The notes beneath the pieces are model-generated. The model did not search any database, was not told where the DNA came from, and saw nothing but the letters and a program-made list of their open reading frames with translations. Both the position numbers and the translations under genes were made by a program. Shown one piece after another: positions 18,719 through 29,060 of a DNA stretch of 64,000 nucleotides. Every line of letters begins with the position of its first letter. Positions within the stretch are counted from its first letter, which is position 1. Source of the stretch: an uncultured Thermoplasmatales archaeon. Lineage in GTDB: Archaea; Thermoplasmatota; E2; DHVEG-1. The stretch lies in the NCBI GenBank assembly GCA_964638175.1, contig CAZWZY010000007.1:2071-66070 (forward strand). The letters run 5' to 3'.

Positions 18719-20615
18719 TCTTTACTCCTCCTCTAAGAGAAAAATAAAATGTTGCACCTTCACCTTCCTTGCCTTCCGCCCAAATCTCTCCGCCATGTCG
18801 ATGAATAATTCGGTTTACAATTCCTAGGCCTATACCTATTCCCTCAAATTCATCATCAGAATGAAGACGCTGGAATGGAACAAATAATTTATCAACATAT
18901 TTCATATCAAAACCTGCACCATTATCTCGAACAAAAAAGACATCTTTGTTATTTTTCTTGTTTTTACCAACTTCTATTTTTGCATTTGATTTTTTATTAG
19001 TAAACTTCCAAGCATTTCCAATAAGATTTTCAAGAGCCATACGAATAAGTTGTTTATCTCCGATGGCAGTTAAATCATTATCAATACTTACCTTCACCTT
19101 TCTATCAGATTCCTTTTTTTGAAGATCATCAATTATTGATTTAGATAAATCACCAATATTTACCTTTTCAGATTCTATTGGACGGCGGGTGATACGTGAA
19201 AGTTTCAACAAATCATCGATTATTTTACCCATATGCTGTGTTGCTTTCCTTACACGGAAAAGGTAGTCCCTTCCTTCTTCATCCAATTTATCAGAGTAAT
19301 CTTCAATTAATGCCTGACTAAAACCGTCGATACTACGTAGTGGAGCGCGAAGGTCATGACTAACAGAGTAACTAAAAGCTTCTAACTCCTTATTTATTGC
19401 CGCTAGCTCAGTAGCATGTCGTAATAAATTTTCATTTAGTCTCTTTATCTTTTCTTCATTTTTTTTTCTATCAGTAGTCTCTTGAACAATACCAACCATA
19501 CGAACAGCTTTACCATCCTTATCCCTAATTACATCACCAGTTTCTCTAACCCAATGAATAGAACTATCAGGCCATACAATACGATGCTCGATATCATATT
19601 CTTTATCTTTTTTTAAACAAGCATTTACAGAATCTAGCACATATTGCCGATCATCAGGGTGAATGCAATCTAAAAATGCTTCATATGATTTACCGAACTT
19701 ACCTTTCTTAAAACCAAACATCGGTTCAATTTGATCAGACCAAGCAAGTTCACCGGTTACAACATTCCAATCCCAACTACCAATTTCTCCCGCCCTTTGA
19801 GCAAGTTTATAACGTTCTTCGCTTTTTTCAAGGTCACCTAATATTTTTTGTCGTTCAGTAATATCCCGGTTAACAGCAACCGCACCTAAAAAATTACCAT
19901 CATTATCTTTTATACAGTTAACAGAGGAATAGATACTAATCAATTTTCCATCCTTTCTCTTTTGTAAAGATTCTCCCTTCCAATATCCCTTTTTCAAAAA
20001 CTCATCTAAGATTTCTTTTCTATCTTCTTCAATGTACTCAACATCAACGAGATTTTGCATACGTTTACCAACAGCCTCTTTTGATTTAAAACCATAAATT
20101 TTTTCAGCTGCCTTATTCCAACTTTTAATTTTAAAATCTGAATCAGTAGAAATAATAGCATCATTAACTCTATCAACAAGCTCAGCTTGATCTTTAATTT
20201 GTTTTTTCATTTGGCTAAGTTCTGTTACATCTATTGCAAATTCAAAACGTACATCACGACCATCATGCCATTTTATAATGCGATCAGTAATCATAAAATC
20301 TTTATTAAGAACTGGATTGTGATATTCCCATTCGTAGGGTTTACCTTTATTTTTTAAAATCTTTTTATTTGTACAAAAATCACAAGGAGTTCTAAATTTT
20401 TGAAAAGCTTCATAACATTTTTTACCCACTGGATTTTCCCCAAGTAATTCTTCAAAATATTTATTTACGTATAACACCTCAAAAGTAAAAGGATCCGCCA
20501 CATATGCAATTTGATTTATACTATCAAAAAGTGATATGTGTGGCAAAGGTTCATGTTTTAAAACATTTCTTTGTTCTTTATTACTTAATTGTTTTGCTAT
20601 AAACATTCCTCCCAA
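18711..20615 (-). CDS. PAS-domain sensor histidine kinase
   Basis: It has multiple PAS/PAC segments, an H-box (SHDLRAPLRSI), an N-box, and G1 (DNGAGFD) and G2 motifs. Confidence 0.85.
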   Translation of the reverse strand: MGGMFIAKQLSNKEQRNVLKHEPLPHISLFDSINQIAYVADPFTFEVLYVNKYFEELLGENPVGKKCYEAFQKFRTPCDFCTNKKILKNKGKPYEWEYHNPVLNKDFMITDRIIKWHDGRDVRFEFAIDVTELSQMKKQIKDQAELVDRVNDAIISTDSDFKIKSWNKAAEKIYGFKSKEAVGKRMQNLVDVEYIEEDRKEILDEFLKKGYWKGESLQKRKDGKLISIYSSVNCIKDNDGNFLGAVAVNRDITERQKILGDLEKSEERYKLAQRAGEIGSWDWNVVTGELAWSDQIEPMFGFKKGKFGKSYEAFLDCIHPDDRQYVLDSVNACLKKDKEYDIEHRIVWPDSSIHWVRETGDVIRDKDGKAVRMVGIVQETTDRKKNEEKIKRLNENLLRHATELAAINKELEAFSYSVSHDLRAPLRSIDGFSQALIEDYSDKLDEEGRDYLFRVRKATQHMGKIIDDLLKLSRITRRPIESEKVNIGDLSKSIIDDLQKKESDRKVKVSIDNDLTAIGDKQLIRMALENLIGNAWKFTNKKSNAKIEVGKNKKNNKDVFFVRDNGAGFDMKYVDKLFVPFQRLHSDDEFEGIGIGLGIVNRIIHRHGGEIWAEGKEGEGATFYFSLRGGVKNE

Positions 20616-20787
20616 ACCTAAAATAGCTAAGGATTTTTACTTTAAACAGTGTTGGTTTCATATATACTTTTCCCATAAATTTATAATACATTATATAACA
20701 ATGACTAAAAAACAATTAAAAAATAACTAAAAAATAGATTAATGTGTTAGAATATCATGATAATCAAAAAAAGAATGGACATAACTT

Positions 20788-21984
20788 ATGAATTATTTTT
20801 TACTCGTTTTTAAAGCATTTTTAAGTTATAGTTTTAAAGTAGTATATCTCTTAAAAAATATATTTCGGAGCCGAAAATCAATGATAAATTCTATACAACT
20901 ATTAGACAAAAATTATTCAAAGTTAAATTTAGATGATCCTTTATCAAAAGCCATTCCATTGTTTAAAAAAACAGATGTAATAATGATTTTTAAAGATAAA
21001 AAGTATCAAGGAGCACTTTTAAAAAATGACATAATGAAAGCTAAAATACAATTAAATTCTAAAGTAAAAACATATCTTAAGCACTTACCAAAAATAAAAA
21101 CAAACGAAACAGTTGAAGAAATCTGTAGATTAATGCTAGAAAGCAATGCTTATCAACTACCAGTATTTGATAAAGAAAGAATAATCGGAGTTGTCAAGGC
21201 CGACACAATACTTAAAAAAATAGCAACTTCAGATATTGGAAAACAACCGGTTAAAAACTATATGACAACTAAAGTTAACACAATTAACTCTGAAGATACA
21301 ATAGGAAAGGCAATCAAAATTTTTAAAGAACAAGATATCTCACGACTCCCGGTAATAATAATAAACAATCAAGTTAATGGTATCATAACAATGGATGATA
21401 TCATCTCTAAAATATTTCATCCCGAAGAAAAACCATCAGGATGGGGCAAATACGGGGAAATTATCGCCGAGAAAAAACATCACTTAGAAATACCTGTAAA
21501 AGGGGTTATGAATAAAAGACCAATCATAATGTCCCCAAAAAACCATGTAAAATCTGTAATTAACAAAATGCTCAAGTTTAATTTACGCGGAATGATTTTA
21601 GGTGAAAACAAAAATTTAAAAGGTATATTAACAAAAAAAGATCTACTTGAACCTATTATAAGCTCTACACAAAAACTGCCAATGTTCACACAATTTGCAG
21701 GAGAGCTCGACAACATTAAGGATTTCAATAAAAAAGAACCAAAAAAAGAGCTTGAAAACACTTTTCTAAAATACTTAGATTTTTTAGAAAACATTCATCT
21801 TTTTGTTCATTTAAAACAACATAATGAAACAAGAAGAGGTGTCCACTTGATATATTGTAAAATGAGACTTTCCTCGCCGCGTGGTATGTTTATTGCTTCT
21901 GATGAAGGATGGGGATTTATGCAGGCTATTAGAAACACATCAAATAATATTGAAAAACAAATAAGAAGAACCAAAAGGAGGTGA
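20788..21984 (+). CDS. CBS-domain protein (multiple CBS pairs)
   Basis: It has repeated CBS motifs (LPVFDKERIIGVV, ISRLPVII.NNQVNGIITMDD). The start is uncertain and may be an internal Met. Confidence 0.6.
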   Translation: MNYFLLVFKAFLSYSFKVVYLLKNIFRSRKSMINSIQLLDKNYSKLNLDDPLSKAIPLFKKTDVIMIFKDKKYQGALLKNDIMKAKIQLNSKVKTYLKHLPKIKTNETVEEICRLMLESNAYQLPVFDKERIIGVVKADTILKKIATSDIGKQPVKNYMTTKVNTINSEDTIGKAIKIFKEQDISRLPVIIINNQVNGIITMDDIISKIFHPEEKPSGWGKYGEIIAEKKHHLEIPVKGVMNKRPIIMSPKNHVKSVINKMLKFNLRGMILGENKNLKGILTKKDLLEPIISSTQKLPMFTQFAGELDNIKDFNKKEPKKELENTFLKYLDFLENIHLFVHLKQHNETRRGVHLIYCKMRLSSPRGMFIASDEGWGFMQAIRNTSNNIEKQIRRTKRR

Positions 21985-21990
21985 AAAATT

Positions 21991-22356
21991 ATGGAATATT
22001 GGGTTAGCCATGTAAAAATAAAAGACAATCATATAAAGCAGGCGAAAGCATTTTTAAACACAGTTGAGGGTTTAAAAAATCCAAACCTATTCAACAGAGA
22101 AGAAATCGTAAAAAGCATAGATGAAAAGGATGATGAATGGTATACCTGTGTTTTAAAAGATAAAATAACTGGAAAACGAGTATGGGAAAAAGGTGCACAA
22201 ATACATACAATAGAAATCGACGGAAAAAAATACATTCGAACTGATGGAAACAAAAAAGAATCAGACAACCTCGGTGAACTACCACCCGTTGTTCAGAGCT
22301 ATAACGAAAGAACAGATTTGCACAAAGAAGTAGATAGAAATGTTCTCGATATCTAA
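21991..22356 (+). CDS. Hypothetical protein
   Basis: It is a 121-aa ORF with an RBS-like GGAGGTG upstream. Confidence 0.3.
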   Translation: MEYWVSHVKIKDNHIKQAKAFLNTVEGLKNPNLFNREEIVKSIDEKDDEWYTCVLKDKITGKRVWEKGAQIHTIEIDGKKYIRTDGNKKESDNLGELPPVVQSYNERTDLHKEVDRNVLDI

Positions 22357-23203
22357 TATTTTATCAATATTTGATTCATATATAGATGTAATAAGACTTT
22401 TTATCATCGTATTAGTCAGTTTCATAGTTTTTTTATTAATATTAAAGCTAATAAAACGACGTTTACTTAAAAATATTAGAAGAAAAAAACAAAAATCAAA
22501 TGTAATAATATTCCTAGATTTACTAAAATATATCTTTGCATTTTTCCTAATAATAATTATTTTTTCAGCATATTACAACAAATGGGGAGAGCTAGGATTC
22601 ATAGCAGGACTTCTAACTGTTGCAATAGGATGGGCGCTACAAAAACCAATAAGCGGTGTTGTAGCATGGTTAATAATTGTAACAAGAAGACCATTTTTCA
22701 TAGGAGATAGAATTATTATATCAGGAATAAAAGGAGACATATCAAACCTGACACTCACGCATATATACCTAGATGAAGTGGGAGGAACAATACTAGGGGA
22801 AGAAAAATCAAGAAGAACAATAATGGTACCAAATTCAATAATCTTTGAAGAAGAAGTCGTAAACTACACACATGCTGACAATTACATACTAGACGAAGTG
22901 ACAACAGCAATAACCTATGAAAGCGATTTAGAAAAAGCAGAAAAGTTAATACTAAAATCAGTTGAAAAAATAATGAAACCATTATGGGAAAAATTCCCAA
23001 AAAGAATAGAAAAAGAACCTCATACAAGGTTAAAATTCAAAGACTCAGGAATAGATGTAACCGTAAGATACAATAGTATAGCAAAAGAAAGAAACAAAAT
23101 ATCAACAAATATCACAAGAGAAATATTCAACTCAATTAGAAAAAACAAAGACGTTGAAATCGCATATCCACACACAGAAGTAGTATTCAGAGAAAAAAGC
23201 TAA
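22340..23203 (+). CDS. Small-conductance mechanosensitive channel (MscS family)
   Basis: It has TM helices followed by the conserved MscS beta domain (PF.IGD.I...G..G.V..I.L..T.I.). Confidence 0.7.
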   Translation: MFSISNILSIFDSYIDVIRLFIIVLVSFIVFLLILKLIKRRLLKNIRRKKQKSNVIIFLDLLKYIFAFFLIIIIFSAYYNKWGELGFIAGLLTVAIGWALQKPISGVVAWLIIVTRRPFFIGDRIIISGIKGDISNLTLTHIYLDEVGGTILGEEKSRRTIMVPNSIIFEEEVVNYTHADNYILDEVTTAITYESDLEKAEKLILKSVEKIMKPLWEKFPKRIEKEPHTRLKFKDSGIDVTVRYNSIAKERNKISTNITREIFNSIRKNKDVEIAYPHTEVVFREKS

Positions 23204-23341
23204 ACCACACCACGTTTCCGATCTTTTGGAAGAGCCCCACGTTTAAAACCACAAACCTGACAAATAAGCATATATTTTCCAGTAGCTGTTTTTTGTTTGA
23301 CCATTGCCTTCTTACCACATTTGGGACAAATATACTCCTTC
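23204..23341 (-). CDS. Small zinc-ribbon protein (CPxCG-type), 45 aa
   Basis: It is an unlisted ORF, MKEYICPKCGKKAMVKQKTATGKYMLICQVCGFKRG..., with two CxxC pairs. Confidence 0.35.
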
Positions 23342-23493
23342 ATGAAAATCTAATAACATAATTACTTTTTTAGTAATAAACTTATAGAAAAAAATGTGAA
23401 ATGTTTAACTCATTTTTCATTTTATTTAAAACCTGCGAAATCCTGTAAATCCAAGGTTTTTTATAGGAGGCCCCCATTACGTGGCGCCCTCAC

Positions 23494-24669
23494 ATGGACT
23501 GGGATAAAAAAATACTTCTGGTATACATAACATCAATTACTTTCCTAGTATTCTCAGGAAGACTACTAGTCCCAACTCTCACAGGTAACATAGAAAACAG
23601 CTTTGATATAAACCATGTAGAAATCGGACTAGGAATGACACTACTATGGCTATTCTACGGATTAATGCAATTCCCTTCAGGAATAATATCAGATGAAAAA
23701 GGAAGAAAACCAGTAGCAAGCTTTGCAATATTCATATTTGCTATAGCATTTCTAATAATGAGCCTATCAACAAATTATATCCTATTTCTATTATCATTAA
23801 TACTGCTAGGGATAGGATTCGGATGCTTTTACACAGTAAGCCTGAGTATGATATCAGACAGATTCAAAAACAAAGGAAAGGCAATAGGAGCACAATCAGC
23901 AATGGCATCATTAGCAGGAATAACACCACTAATCACACTACCACTAGCAGATAAAATAGGATGGAGACCACTAATACTAATCTATGCTATAACAAGCATA
24001 ATCATAGGAATTCTATTCTATAACCAAGTACCAGAGAAAAAACAAGAAACACAACATAGAAAAGAAGGACTACAAAACGGAGTAAAAATCTTCAAAGACT
24101 CAAATGTTACACTTTTACTAATAATCAACGCGATAATGGCATTTATATGGGTAGGAATAATATCCTTTCTACCAATATACCTCATAGAAGGAAAAGGAAT
24201 AGATCAAACAGCTGCCGCAGTAATATTCTCACTAATATTTTTCACAGGGCTATTCATAAGACCACTAATAGGACATCTCTCAGATATATACAACAAAAGA
24301 ATCTTAATTGTCGGCATTCTAATAATATCAGCAATTGCTTGTTTCCTACTTTCTCAAGTAACTTCAATAATTTTAACAACAATAGGTGTAATTCTTACAG
24401 CAACAATATCAGCATTTTTCCCACTTCGATCTAATTATCTAATGAATAAATGGCCATCAAAAAGTAGAGGATCAAAGATGGGAATGTACTCAACAACCGT
24501 TATTATTCTAAGTAGCATGTCACCATTTATTATTGGATTAAGTTTAAAGAGTTATAATTTTGATAAGATTTTTCAGTTTTTTTCGATAATTATTTTATTT
24601 GCGATATTCTTAGTAATTTGTATTAAATATCTCCTGCCTTTTGCTCAAATAAAAATAAAAAAATGTTAA
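23494..24669 (+). CDS. MFS transporter
   Basis: It has 12 TM helices and an MFS motif (GxxxDxxGRK-like: SDEKGRKP). Confidence 0.75.
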   Translation: MDWDKKILLVYITSITFLVFSGRLLVPTLTGNIENSFDINHVEIGLGMTLLWLFYGLMQFPSGIISDEKGRKPVASFAIFIFAIAFLIMSLSTNYILFLLSLILLGIGFGCFYTVSLSMISDRFKNKGKAIGAQSAMASLAGITPLITLPLADKIGWRPLILIYAITSIIIGILFYNQVPEKKQETQHRKEGLQNGVKIFKDSNVTLLLIINAIMAFIWVGIISFLPIYLIEGKGIDQTAAAVIFSLIFFTGLFIRPLIGHLSDIYNKRILIVGILIISAIACFLLSQVTSIILTTIGVILTATISAFFPLRSNYLMNKWPSKSRGSKMGMYSTTVIILSSMSPFIIGLSLKSYNFDKIFQFFSIIILFAIFLVICIKYLLPFAQIKIKKC

Positions 24670-24678
24670 AAATAAATC

Positions 24679-24852
24679 TTATTTTTTAATTGGTTTTACT
24701 AAAATCGCCAATTTTCCATCTAGTACTTTAATCTCCCATTCAATTTGATCCCCTTCTGTTAAATAAAATTGTTTAACAATTCCAGATGGTACTGTGGTTC
24801 TTAGTGATTCACTTTTTGTTGAAGCTTTTGTTAAAGTAGTTTTTTCACCCAT
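24679..24852 (-). CDS. AbrB/SpoVT/MazE-type swapped-hairpin DNA-binding protein (57 aa)
   Basis: It is an unlisted ORF, MGEKTTLTKASTKSESLRTTVPSGIVKQFYLTEGDQIEWEIKVLDGKLAILVKPIKK. It has the VPSGIVKQF...GD AbrB-like signature. Confidence 0.4.
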   Translation of the reverse strand: MGEKTTLTKASTKSESLRTTVPSGIVKQFYLTEGDQIEWEIKVLDGKLAILVKPIKK

Positions 24853-24879
24853 GAGATCAAAGAATAATAGGTATCTTAT

Positions 24880-26700
24880 TATATTAACATTTCTACCTAA
24901 TTTTATAGTATATTTTCTACCTAAAGTTTTATATATGGAGAACTCATTACCTAATATTAGGTAGAAATTTAGGTATTATTAGTAGGGGAAGAGGTAAGCT
25001 TCCCCTATGGAGAATAACGAATGCAGCCAAGCAAACGAAATATCTCCAAGAAAAACATAGAACTGGAGATATATAATACATTCGAACTGTTCAAAGAATC
25101 AAAGAACATCATGATAGTTGATTTTCTAAACAAACTACACCTTTGCTGGATAGATCAACAAAATTATCGTAAGATAAAATATTCTTATGATTCACTTTAT
25201 AAACTCTTAATTTTCAAACAACTTAAAGGAATAAAATTCCAAACACAAATTGAAAGATACCTGAATAAACATAAAGATGAACGAAAGAAACTTGGTCTTG
25301 AATCGTCACCAGATCAAAGAACAATAAGCTACTTCATGAATAGGATTTTAGATGAGCAAGATAAACAAGATATTGATTTAATAGTTCAAAAAATAAATGA
25401 AATCTCTGAAAAATTTGGAATAATCCTTGATATAAAACTGCTAACTCCTGAGAAACAGAATATCAAATCAAAAAGAACATTTCACCATAACAAAAACCTG
25501 AAAACAAAAGAGATAACTCAACTTTTTAAGAAACGTTTATCTTCAGTTATAGATCTTAATACAAATAGTAATTGTATCTATTCTAAGAATGATTTGATTA
25601 ACTTATTACTTCATATGTGTAATACTACTGATTTTGCAGAAAACGGAAGCCATACACTCAAAATCAATAGAGATAAAATTCCAGATGGTGACACACTTCT
25701 TTATCATCTAAAGAAATATGAGGATCTTGATCAAGTTAAACGTATGTTTATCACTATGTTTGAAATGATTTGGGAATCAGCACGAAAAGCAAATCATTTC
25801 CCAAGAACTGTGGACTGTAGCATAGATTACACAAGTTGGCATTTCTATGGCGATAAAAACGGTCCAATGATTACAGAAATGAAACCAGATCGTGGCACAA
25901 CACATTGTTACAAGTTTGCAACAATAAACATCTCAGAGAATAACCAACGATTTACACTTCTTGCAATACCAGTTGGACCATTTGATAAAAAAGAGGAAAT
26001 ATTGAAAACACTACTTGATTATGCTAAACAACGTGTAAAAATTAGAAGACTCTATGTTGATAGAGGATTTTTTGATAGTAACTCTATTGCTTTGTTTAAA
26101 AGGTATCAAATCAAGTTCCTGATGCCGTGTACCGCTAATGAAAGAATCAAAAAAGTCCTTGAAATTGTACCAACACCAACTGTAATCAAAGATTATGAGA
26201 TGAAGAATACATTGTTTAACATGGTTGTTGTAACAGATGAATATGAAGTTAGAAGAGCTTTTGCAACAAACATTGACTTTAATGAAAACGATGTAGGGCT
26301 AACAGAACGACTCTTTTATCTATATTCTAAGAGATGGTCGATAGAGACTTCTTACAGAGTAAAAAAGCATTCATTCAGACCAAAGACAACTTCAAAGAAT
26401 TACTTCATACGACTGTTCTATTTTCTGTTCTCAGCACTTATGTATAACCTTTGGTTGCTTGCTGATATATTGATCTGTCTTGCTCTTCTTGGATATTTTA
26501 ATGGAAAACATATCATTACATCAAAATATTTTGGAAATATGATGCTCTCCATTGATCCAGGAGGATAACAAAATGAAATTTTTTGTTAATCATTCTATAT
26601 TCTATTAGTTTAAACCAGATTTATATCTCATTTTTTTAAAGTATTAAACCAATATTTTGATGATTTCTGTAGAAATATTAATCAAATATATCCTTATTCC
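24880..26700 (+). mobile_element. IS-like element carrying a DDE transposase; a GC-composition boundary falls here
   Basis: The transposase ORF 25021..26568 has a DDE-type C-terminal organisation and a basic N-terminus. Repeated short TTCTACCTAA/TTAGGTAGAA inverted motifs lie at 24890-24990. The precise ends were not determined. Confidence 0.5.
25021..26568 (+). CDS. Transposase (IS4/IS1634/ISH-like DDE family)
   Basis: It is a 515-aa protein and the only ORF in the element. It has DDE-transposase-like conserved blocks (DRGF, YSKRWSIE). Confidence 0.6.
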   Translation: MQPSKRNISKKNIELEIYNTFELFKESKNIMIVDFLNKLHLCWIDQQNYRKIKYSYDSLYKLLIFKQLKGIKFQTQIERYLNKHKDERKKLGLESSPDQRTISYFMNRILDEQDKQDIDLIVQKINEISEKFGIILDIKLLTPEKQNIKSKRTFHHNKNLKTKEITQLFKKRLSSVIDLNTNSNCIYSKNDLINLLLHMCNTTDFAENGSHTLKINRDKIPDGDTLLYHLKKYEDLDQVKRMFITMFEMIWESARKANHFPRTVDCSIDYTSWHFYGDKNGPMITEMKPDRGTTHCYKFATINISENNQRFTLLAIPVGPFDKKEEILKTLLDYAKQRVKIRRLYVDRGFFDSNSIALFKRYQIKFLMPCTANERIKKVLEIVPTPTVIKDYEMKNTLFNMVVVTDEYEVRRAFATNIDFNENDVGLTERLFYLYSKRWSIETSYRVKKHSFRPKTTSKNYFIRLFYFLFSALMYNLWLLADILICLALLGYFNGKHIITSKYFGNMMLSIDPGG

Positions 26701-26770
26701 CAGGTCTCAATATGTCTCTATCACTAATTTTTGTTCATTGGTAGGGACTTTCGGAACTACTGCCATAAAC

Positions 26771-26786
26771 GAAATATTTATATAGA
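26771..26786 (+). promoter_or_regulatory. Candidate archaeal TATA box/BRE for the thermosome gene
   Basis: The sequence GAAATATTTATATAG lies 60-75 bp upstream of the ATG. It is followed by an AGGAGG RBS at 26828. Confidence 0.3.
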
Positions 26787-26845
26787 AGTGTTTGTATACC
26801 GATTCTACTCTTAGAGGATAATTTATAAGGAGGCAAAAGAAAAAT

Positions 26846-28507
26846 ATGATGACTGGACAACAGCCAATAATAGTACTAAAAGAAGGAACAAAACGAGAAC
26901 GTGGAAAAGGAGCACAATCCAACAACATTATGGCAGCACGAGCAATCTCTGATGCAGTCAAATCAACCCTTGGACCAAAAGGAATGGACAAGATGTTGGT
27001 TGATTCCATGGGAGATGTTGTAGTTACCAATGACGGTGCAACCATTTTAAAAGAAATTGATGTTGAACATCCTGCTGCAAAAATGATTGTGGAAGTCGCC
27101 AAATCACAAGATGAAGAATGTGGCGATGGAACAACCAGTGCGGTTGTGCTTACAGGGGAATTATTGAAATACGCAAGTGAGTTGCTTGAACAAAACATCC
27201 ACCCCACTGTTATTTGTGGCGGGTACAAACTAGCGGCACAAAAAGCAATTGAAATTTTAAACAAACTAGCAATTGATATCAAACCAGGAGATAAGAAAAA
27301 CTTACGAAGCATTGCTATGACCTCAATGGCAAGTAAAAGTGCAAGTGCCGAAAAAGATCGTCTTGCTGATGTTGTTGTTGATGCAGTAACTGATGTTGCC
27401 GAAAAAATCAACGGAAAAACCTATGTTGACTTAGACAACATTCAAATACAAAAGAAACAAGGCGGTGGCATCGCAAACACTGAGATTATTTCAGGAATTA
27501 TCTTAGACAAGGAGCGAGTACATGATGGTATGCCCAAACAAGTGAAAAACGCAAAGATTACTCTTATCAACGCCGCACTTGAAGTCAAGAAGACAGAAGT
27601 TGATGCACGGATTCAAATCCAAGATCCTACCCAACTACAAGCGTTCTTAGATGAAGAAGAGGGCATGATCAAGAAAATGGTCGAAAAAGTGAAAAAGAGC
27701 GGAGCGAACGTACTGGTCTGTCAAAAAGGAATAGATGATATTGCACAGCACTTCCTTGCAAAAGCAGGTATTTATTCAGTACGACGTGCCAAGAAATCAG
27801 ATATGGATAAACTTGCAAAGGCAACTGGCGCAAAAATCGTTGCAAACCTAGACGATCTTAACGTAAAAGACCTTGGCTATGCAGGAAACGTCGAGGAACG
27901 AAAAATCGGCGATGATAAAATGACCTTTGTCACGGGATGTAAAAACCCCAAGGCAGTTTCTATTCTTATCAGAGGAACCACGGAACACGTCATCGACGAG
28001 CTTGAACGTGGACTTCACGATGCATTATCTGTCGTGAAGGTTGCCATAGAAGACGGAAAAATGACTGCTGGCGGAGGCGCTGCAGCAACCGCTATTTCCA
28101 TGGCTCTACGAGACTATGCTCCATCGGTTGGTGGCCGAGAACAAATGGCCATTGAAGCATTTGCCAATGCCATCGAAGTCATTCCCAAGACCTTATCAGA
28201 AAATGCTGGTCTTGATCCAATTGACATGATGCTTGAAGTGAGAAGTGCCCATAAAAAGGGCAAAAAACACGCGGGCGTCAATGTGCTGCATGGAAAAGTC
28301 GACGACATGATTAAAAACAATGTTATCGAGCCGCTCCGAGTAAGCAAACAAGAAATCGAAGCATCCTCAGAAGCCGCAACCATGATTCTGAGAATCGATG
28401 ACGTCATCGCCTCAAAAGGTGGCGGTGGCGGTGGTGCACCAGGCGGTATGCCTCCAGGCGGCATGGGCGGTATGCCTCCAGGCGGCATGGGAGATATGGA
28501 TTACTAA
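26846..28507 (+). CDS. ths: Thermosome (group II chaperonin) subunit
   Basis: It has canonical TCP-1/thermosome motifs ([24 protein letters not shown]) and a C-terminal GGM repeat tail ([17 protein letters not shown]). Confidence 0.95.
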   Translation: MMTGQQPIIVLKEGTKRERGKGAQSNNIMAARAISDAVKSTLGPKGMDKMLVDSMGDVVVTNDGATILKEIDVEHPAAKMIVEVAKSQDEECGDGTTSAVVLTGELLKYASELLEQNIHPTVICGGYKLAAQKAIEILNKLAIDIKPGDKKNLRSIAMTSMASKSASAEKDRLADVVVDAVTDVAEKINGKTYVDLDNIQIQKKQGGGIANTEIISGIILDKERVHDGMPKQVKNAKITLINAALEVKKTEVDARIQIQDPTQLQAFLDEEEGMIKKMVEKVKKSGANVLVCQKGIDDIAQHFLAKAGIYSVRRAKKSDMDKLAKATGAKIVANLDDLNVKDLGYAGNVEERKIGDDKMTFVTGCKNPKAVSILIRGTTEHVIDELERGLHDALSVVKVAIEDGKMTAGGGAAATAISMALRDYAPSVGGREQMAIEAFANAIEVIPKTLSENAGLDPIDMMLEVRSAHKKGKKHAGVNVLHGKVDDMIKNNVIEPLRVSKQEIEASSEAATMILRIDDVIASKGGGGGGAPGGMPPGGMGGMPPGGMGDMDY

Positions 28508-28544
28508 AATCCATTCCCCTCTTTCTTTTTTTTATTAGGATCAT

Positions 28545-29054
28545 ATGTCTGCAACACAGTCTACAGGCAAAAAGAAAGACGAATGCAAAAAAACCATTGC
28601 TAGTTTAGAAAAGAAAGTAACTCAACTACAGAAAGAATTGCAAGAGAAAAATGACAAATTGATACGCAGTTATGCAGACTTGCAAAACTATCAAAAACGT
28701 ATGGAGAAAGAATTGCAATCCGTTAAAGAAGAAACGAAAGCTATCTATCTTTCAGAATTACTTGATTTAACTGAACTGCTCAAGAAAGCCTATAAGGACC
28801 ATGAACCAAAAAAAGGGCTTGAACTCATGCTAAAAAACATCGAGCAGTTCTTTGCGAGAGAATGCATTTCCTCTATTGAGTGCATAGGAAAAAAGTTTGA
28901 TCATCATCTTCACCATGCCATCACCACTGTTGAGAAAGATGATTGTGAGGATGATATTGTTGTTGAGGAGGTCAAAAAAGGCTATCTGGTAAATGATAAG
29001 CTGTTGCGACCGGCTCATGTAATTGTTGCAAAAAAGAAGGAACAAAAGGAGTGA
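28545..29054 (+). CDS. grpE: Nucleotide exchange factor GrpE
   Basis: It has an N-terminal coiled coil and the DLQNYQKRMEKE motif. It is immediately upstream of dnaK. Confidence 0.85.
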   Translation: MSATQSTGKKKDECKKTIASLEKKVTQLQKELQEKNDKLIRSYADLQNYQKRMEKELQSVKEETKAIYLSELLDLTELLKKAYKDHEPKKGLELMLKNIEQFFARECISSIECIGKKFDHHLHHAITTVEKDDCEDDIVVEEVKKGYLVNDKLLRPAHVIVAKKKEQKE

Positions 29055-29060
29055 TACGCT

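Noticed and set aside
26707-27411. 234-aa minus-strand ORF
   Set aside because: It is entirely antisense to the well-supported thermosome gene and has a low-complexity Ser/Ala/Thr composition, so it is spurious.
28380-28507. GGM-repeat tail of the thermosome as a separate repeat feature
   Set aside because: It is a well-known C-terminal feature of group II chaperonins and not an independent element.
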